Assembly (NCBI RefSeq): GCF_030332225.1
Contig: NZ_JAOWIF010000021.1
Coordinates: forward strand, 1-64,000
Direction: 5' to 3'
From: Citrobacter sp. Cu233
Lineage (GTDB): Bacteria; Pseudomonadota; Gammaproteobacteria; Enterobacterales; Enterobacteriaceae
Length of the DNA: 64,000 nucleotides
Shown: one piece after another, positions 60,446 to 64,000 of the stretch
How positions within the stretch are numbered: position 1 is the stretch's first letter
How the letters are laid out: every line of letters begins with the position of its first letter
The notes under the pieces: generated by a model
The model's input: the letters and a program-made list of their open reading frames with translations, nothing else
Told to the model about the DNA's origin: nothing
Databases searched by the model: none
Program-made: the position numbers and the translations under genes

Positions 60446-60526
60446 ACGGCAACATCCTCTCGATCTTCTCCCGCTTCCGGTTTATTGTGTTCTTACCCCA
60501 CTGCCTGTAAACCTGGAGAACCACAC

Positions 60527-61720
60527 GTGTTTCAAAAAGTTGACGCCTACGCTGGCGACCCGATTTTATCGCTCATGGAGCGCTTTAAAGAGGATTCACG
60601 TAGCGACAAAGTGAACCTCAGCATTGGTCTGTATTACAACGAAGAGGGGATTATTCCTCAGCTTAAAGCCGTTGCAGAAGCGGAAGCTCGTCTCAATGCG
60701 AAGCCGCATGGCGCTTCGCTGTATCTGCCGATGGAAGGCCTGAACACGTATCGCCATACCATTGCGCCGCTACTGTTTGGGGCGCAGCATCCGGTACTCC
60801 AGCAACAACGCGTGGCAACGATTCAGACGCTGGGGGGGTCTGGTGCGTTAAAAGTAGGTGCGGACTTCCTGAAGCGTTACTTCCCTGATTCTGGCGTATG
60901 GGTCAGCGATCCGACGTGGGAAAACCATATCGCGATTTTTGAAGGTGCGGGATTCGAAGTAAGTACTTACCCATGGTATGACGACGCGACTAATGGCGTT
61001 CGTTTCAACGACCTGCTGGCAACATTGAGCACCTTACCGGCACGTAGCATTGTGCTGCTGCATCCGTGCTGCCATAACCCGACGGGTGCGGATTTAACAC
61101 CAGCACAGTGGGATGCGGTTATTGAGATCCTGAAAGCGCGCGACCTGATCCCGTTCCTCGACATTGCCTACCAGGGTTTTGGTGGCGGAATGGAAGATGA
61201 TGCGTACGCCATCCGCGCGATTGCGAGTGCTGGTTTACCGACTCTGGTTAGCAACTCATTCTCTAAAATTTTCTCATTGTATGGCGAACGTGTTGGCGGG
61301 CTTTCTGTGGTGTGTGAAGACGCAGATACCGCGAGTCGTGTTCTGGGGCAGCTAAAAGCGACGGTTCGTCGTAACTACTCCAGCCCGCCAAACTTTGGCG
61401 CACAGGTCGTTGCCGCGGTACTGGGTGATGAAGAGCTGAAAGCCAGCTGGCTGGCGGAAGTTGAGGTCATGCGTACCCGCATTCTGGCGATGCGTCAGGA
61501 ACTGGTAAACGTGCTGAACGCTGAGATTCCGGGCCGTAATTTCGACTACCTGCTGCAACAGCGTGGTATGTTCAGCTATACCGGGCTGAGTGCGGCTCAG
61601 GTTGACCGCCTGCGTGATGAGTTTGGTGTTTACCTGATTGCCAGCGGACGCATGTGCGTTGCGGGCTTAAATCACGGCAACGTGAAGCGGGTTGCGAAGG
61701 CATTCGCCGCAGTCATGTAA
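60527..61720 (+). CDS. tyrB: Aromatic amino acid aminotransferase
   Basis: GTG start giving [23 protein letters not shown]..., 397 aa. Confidence 0.95.
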   Translation: MFQKVDAYAGDPILSLMERFKEDSRSDKVNLSIGLYYNEEGIIPQLKAVAEAEARLNAKPHGASLYLPMEGLNTYRHTIAPLLFGAQHPVLQQQRVATIQTLGGSGALKVGADFLKRYFPDSGVWVSDPTWENHIAIFEGAGFEVSTYPWYDDATNGVRFNDLLATLSTLPARSIVLLHPCCHNPTGADLTPAQWDAVIEILKARDLIPFLDIAYQGFGGGMEDDAYAIRAIASAGLPTLVSNSFSKIFSLYGERVGGLSVVCEDADTASRVLGQLKATVRRNYSSPPNFGAQVVAAVLGDEELKASWLAEVEVMRTRILAMRQELVNVLNAEIPGRNFDYLLQQRGMFSYTGLSAAQVDRLRDEFGVYLIASGRMCVAGLNHGNVKRVAKAFAAVM

Positions 61721-61734
61721 CCGGGTTTGTCATT

Positions 61735-61835
61735 TATCGGACTGTGATGCCGGATGGCGGCGTAAATGCCTTATCCGGCCTACAAGGACATATGGATTTT
61801 TCATTTGTAGGCCTGATAAATGCAGCGCCATCAGG
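61735..61835. repeat. BIME/REP cluster after tyrB
   Basis: gatgccggatggcggcgtaaatgccttatccggcctac ... gtaggcctgataaatgcagcgccatcaggca. Confidence 0.55.
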
Positions 61836-61958
61836 CACGCTTTCCTGTGTGATCATCCTCTTTTTCTGTAACAAAACCAGAGAAAATCCTTCCTTTCCCT
61901 TCCCTCAGGGGGTAAGGTCAGATAGTTTTTTGACCAGTTGTTAAATAAAAAATCATAA

Positions 61959-62696
<738 letters not shown>

Positions 62697-62823
62697 GGTC
62701 ACCGAATGCGGATTGGTGATTTTTTAAACAAAATTACGTTGCCGGCTTTTACCTTTTGCGGACTTGCTGCACACTGAATAAATGATGTTCTCATTAGGCG
62801 ACTTGCTGGTAAGGGGAATAAAA

Positions 62824-63180
62824 ATGACGAATTCGGAGTTGCTGCAATACTGCATGGCGAAAACCGGTGCGGAGCAGAGCGTGCACAGTGACTGGAAAGC
62901 CACACAAATCAAAGTCGAAGATGTGCTCTTTGCCATGGTAAAAGAGGTGGAAGAACGCCCGGCGGTCTCTCTGAAAACCAGTCCGGAACTGGCGGAGTTG
63001 TTACGCCAGCAGCATAGTGATGTCCGACCAAGCCGGCATCTGAACAAAGCACACTGGAGTACGGTGTATCTGGATGGCTCGTTGCCGGATTCGCAAATTT
63101 ATTATCTGGTCGATGCCTCTTATCAACAGGCGGTGAACACGCTGCCGGAAGATAAACGCCGGATACTGGCGCAGCCCTGA
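62824..63180 (+). CDS. yjbR: DUF419 (MmcQ/YjbR-family) protein
   Basis: 118 aa from MTNSELLQYCMAKTGAEQSVHSDWKATQIK... Confidence 0.8.
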   Translation: MTNSELLQYCMAKTGAEQSVHSDWKATQIKVEDVLFAMVKEVEERPAVSLKTSPELAELLRQQHSDVRPSRHLNKAHWSTVYLDGSLPDSQIYYLVDASYQQAVNTLPEDKRRILAQP

Positions 63181-63320
63181 TCTGTTTCGCCGGATGCGGC
63201 GCAAGCACCTTATCCGGCCTACAGCTATTTATCGATTTTCGAGCCGATTCGTAGGCCTGATAAGCACCGCGCCATCAGGCACAGCTTTTATGCCTATACT
63301 GCAGGCCTGATCAGCGCAGC
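63181..63320. repeat. BIME (three REP copies) between yjbR and uvrA
   Basis: gccggatgcggcgcaagcaccttatccggcctac ... gtaggcctgataagcaccgcgccatcaggca ... gcaggcctgatcagcgcagcgcg. Confidence 0.55.
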
Positions 63321-63324
63321 GCGA

Positions 63325-64000
63325 TTACAGCAGCGGTTTGAGGAAGCGGGCCGTGTGTGAGGCTTCACACTCAGCAACTGTTTCTGGCGTACCGGAAACC
63401 AGAATTTCGCCGCCGCCGCTACCCCCTTCCGGACCGAGATCGACAATCCAGTCGGCTGTTTTAATCACGTCCAGATTGTGCTCAATCACCACAATGGTGT
63501 TGCCCTGATCCCTGAGCTGATGCAACACGTCAAGCAGTTGCTGAATATCGGCAAAATGTAGCCCGGTTGTGGGCTCATCGAGAATATACAGCGTCTGTCC
63601 GGTGCCGCGTTTTGACAACTCACGCGCCAGCTTCACACGCTGGGCTTCACCGCCAGAAAGCGTGGTCGCGGACTGGCCCAGTCGAATGTACGTCAAGCCA
63701 ACATCCATCAGCGTTTGCAGCTTACGCGCCAGCGCAGGAACAGCATCGAAGAACTCGCGAGCTTCTTCAATCGTCATATCCAGCACTTCGTGGATGGTCT
63801 TGCCCTTGTACTTAATCTCCAGCGTTTCACGGTTATAACGCTTACCTTTACACTGGTCGCACGGCACGTAAATATCTGGCAGGAAATGCATTTCGACTTT
63901 GATCACGCCATCGCCCTGGCAGGCCTCGCAGCGTCCACCACGAACGTTAAAGCTGAAACGACCTGGCGTGTAACCACGCGCACGGGATTCCGGTACGCCG
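63325..64000 (-). CDS. uvrA: Excinuclease ABC subunit A, C-terminal portion (gene runs off the window)
   Basis: C-terminal ABC domain ...[36 protein letters not shown]...; reading frame continues to the window end. Confidence 0.9.
   Translation of the reverse strand, partial: GVPESRARGYTPGRFSFNVRGGRCEACQGDGVIKVEMHFLPDIYVPCDQCKGKRYNRETLEIKYKGKTIHEVLDMTIEEAREFFDAVPALARKLQTLMDVGLTYIRLGQSATTLSGGEAQRVKLARELSKRGTGQTLYILDEPTTGLHFADIQQLLDVLHQLRDQGNTIVVIEHNLDVIKTADWIVDLGPEGGSGGGEILVSGTPETVAECEASHTARFLKPLL

Noticed and set aside
62699-63208. Minus-strand ORFs overlapping yjbR and the REP cluster (62724..63047, 62909..63208)
   Set aside because: They lie opposite a conserved yjbR frame or within REP repeats, which commonly generate spurious ORFs.

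Overview
This window is an Escherichia-type chromosomal segment colinear with the E. coli K-12 metA–uvrA region at about 90–92 min. Gene order is: yjaB, metA, aceBAK, iclR, metH, yjbB, pepE, rluF, yjbD, lysC, pgi, yjbEFGH, psiE, xylE, malGFE/malK-lamB-malM, ubiCA, plsB, dgkA, lexA-dinF, yjbJ, zur, dusA, pspG, qorA, dnaB, alr, tyrB, aphA, yjbR, uvrA (the 3' end of uvrA only). Proteins are about 90–97% identical to my recollection of K-12, so this is probably not K-12 itself. The backbone carries many REP/BIME repeats, tandem LexA boxes ahead of lexA, MetJ boxes ahead of metA, MalT/CRP control regions and several clear intrinsic terminators. No IS elements, integrases, tRNAs, CRISPR arrays or prophage genes are visible.

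Two accessory insertions interrupt the K-12-like order.

(1) Between pepE and rluF (about 13.9–21.6 kb) sits a complete L-sorbose PTS utilisation operon, sorC-D-F-B-A-M-E, on the minus strand. Immediately downstream of sorE, with a 1-nt gap, is an eighth gene encoding an AroE/YdiB-like shikimate-family dehydrogenase. At the pepE-side edge of this island lies a ccdA/ccdB-like toxin-antitoxin pair with an ATGA overlap. The toxin C-terminus diverges from the canonical FWGI motif.

(2) Between yjbD and lysC (about 22.9–28.9 kb) the order is as follows. First comes a Gp49/HigB-like toxin plus XRE-HTH antitoxin pair, preceded by a perfect 18-bp palindrome. Next is a BASS-family transporter. Last, and the most interesting candidate in the window, is a second RtcR-like regulator (CARF domain plus sigma-54 AAA+ GAFTGA domain). 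It is transcribed divergently from a near-consensus sigma-54 promoter (TGGCACGCTTCTGGCA). That promoter drives a two-gene operon: a soluble SPFH/band-7 protein followed by a pol-beta-type nucleotidyltransferase. No rtcB or rtcA is present. This looks like an uncharacterised, ligand-gated (CARF) sigma-54-controlled stress, RNA-damage or defence module.
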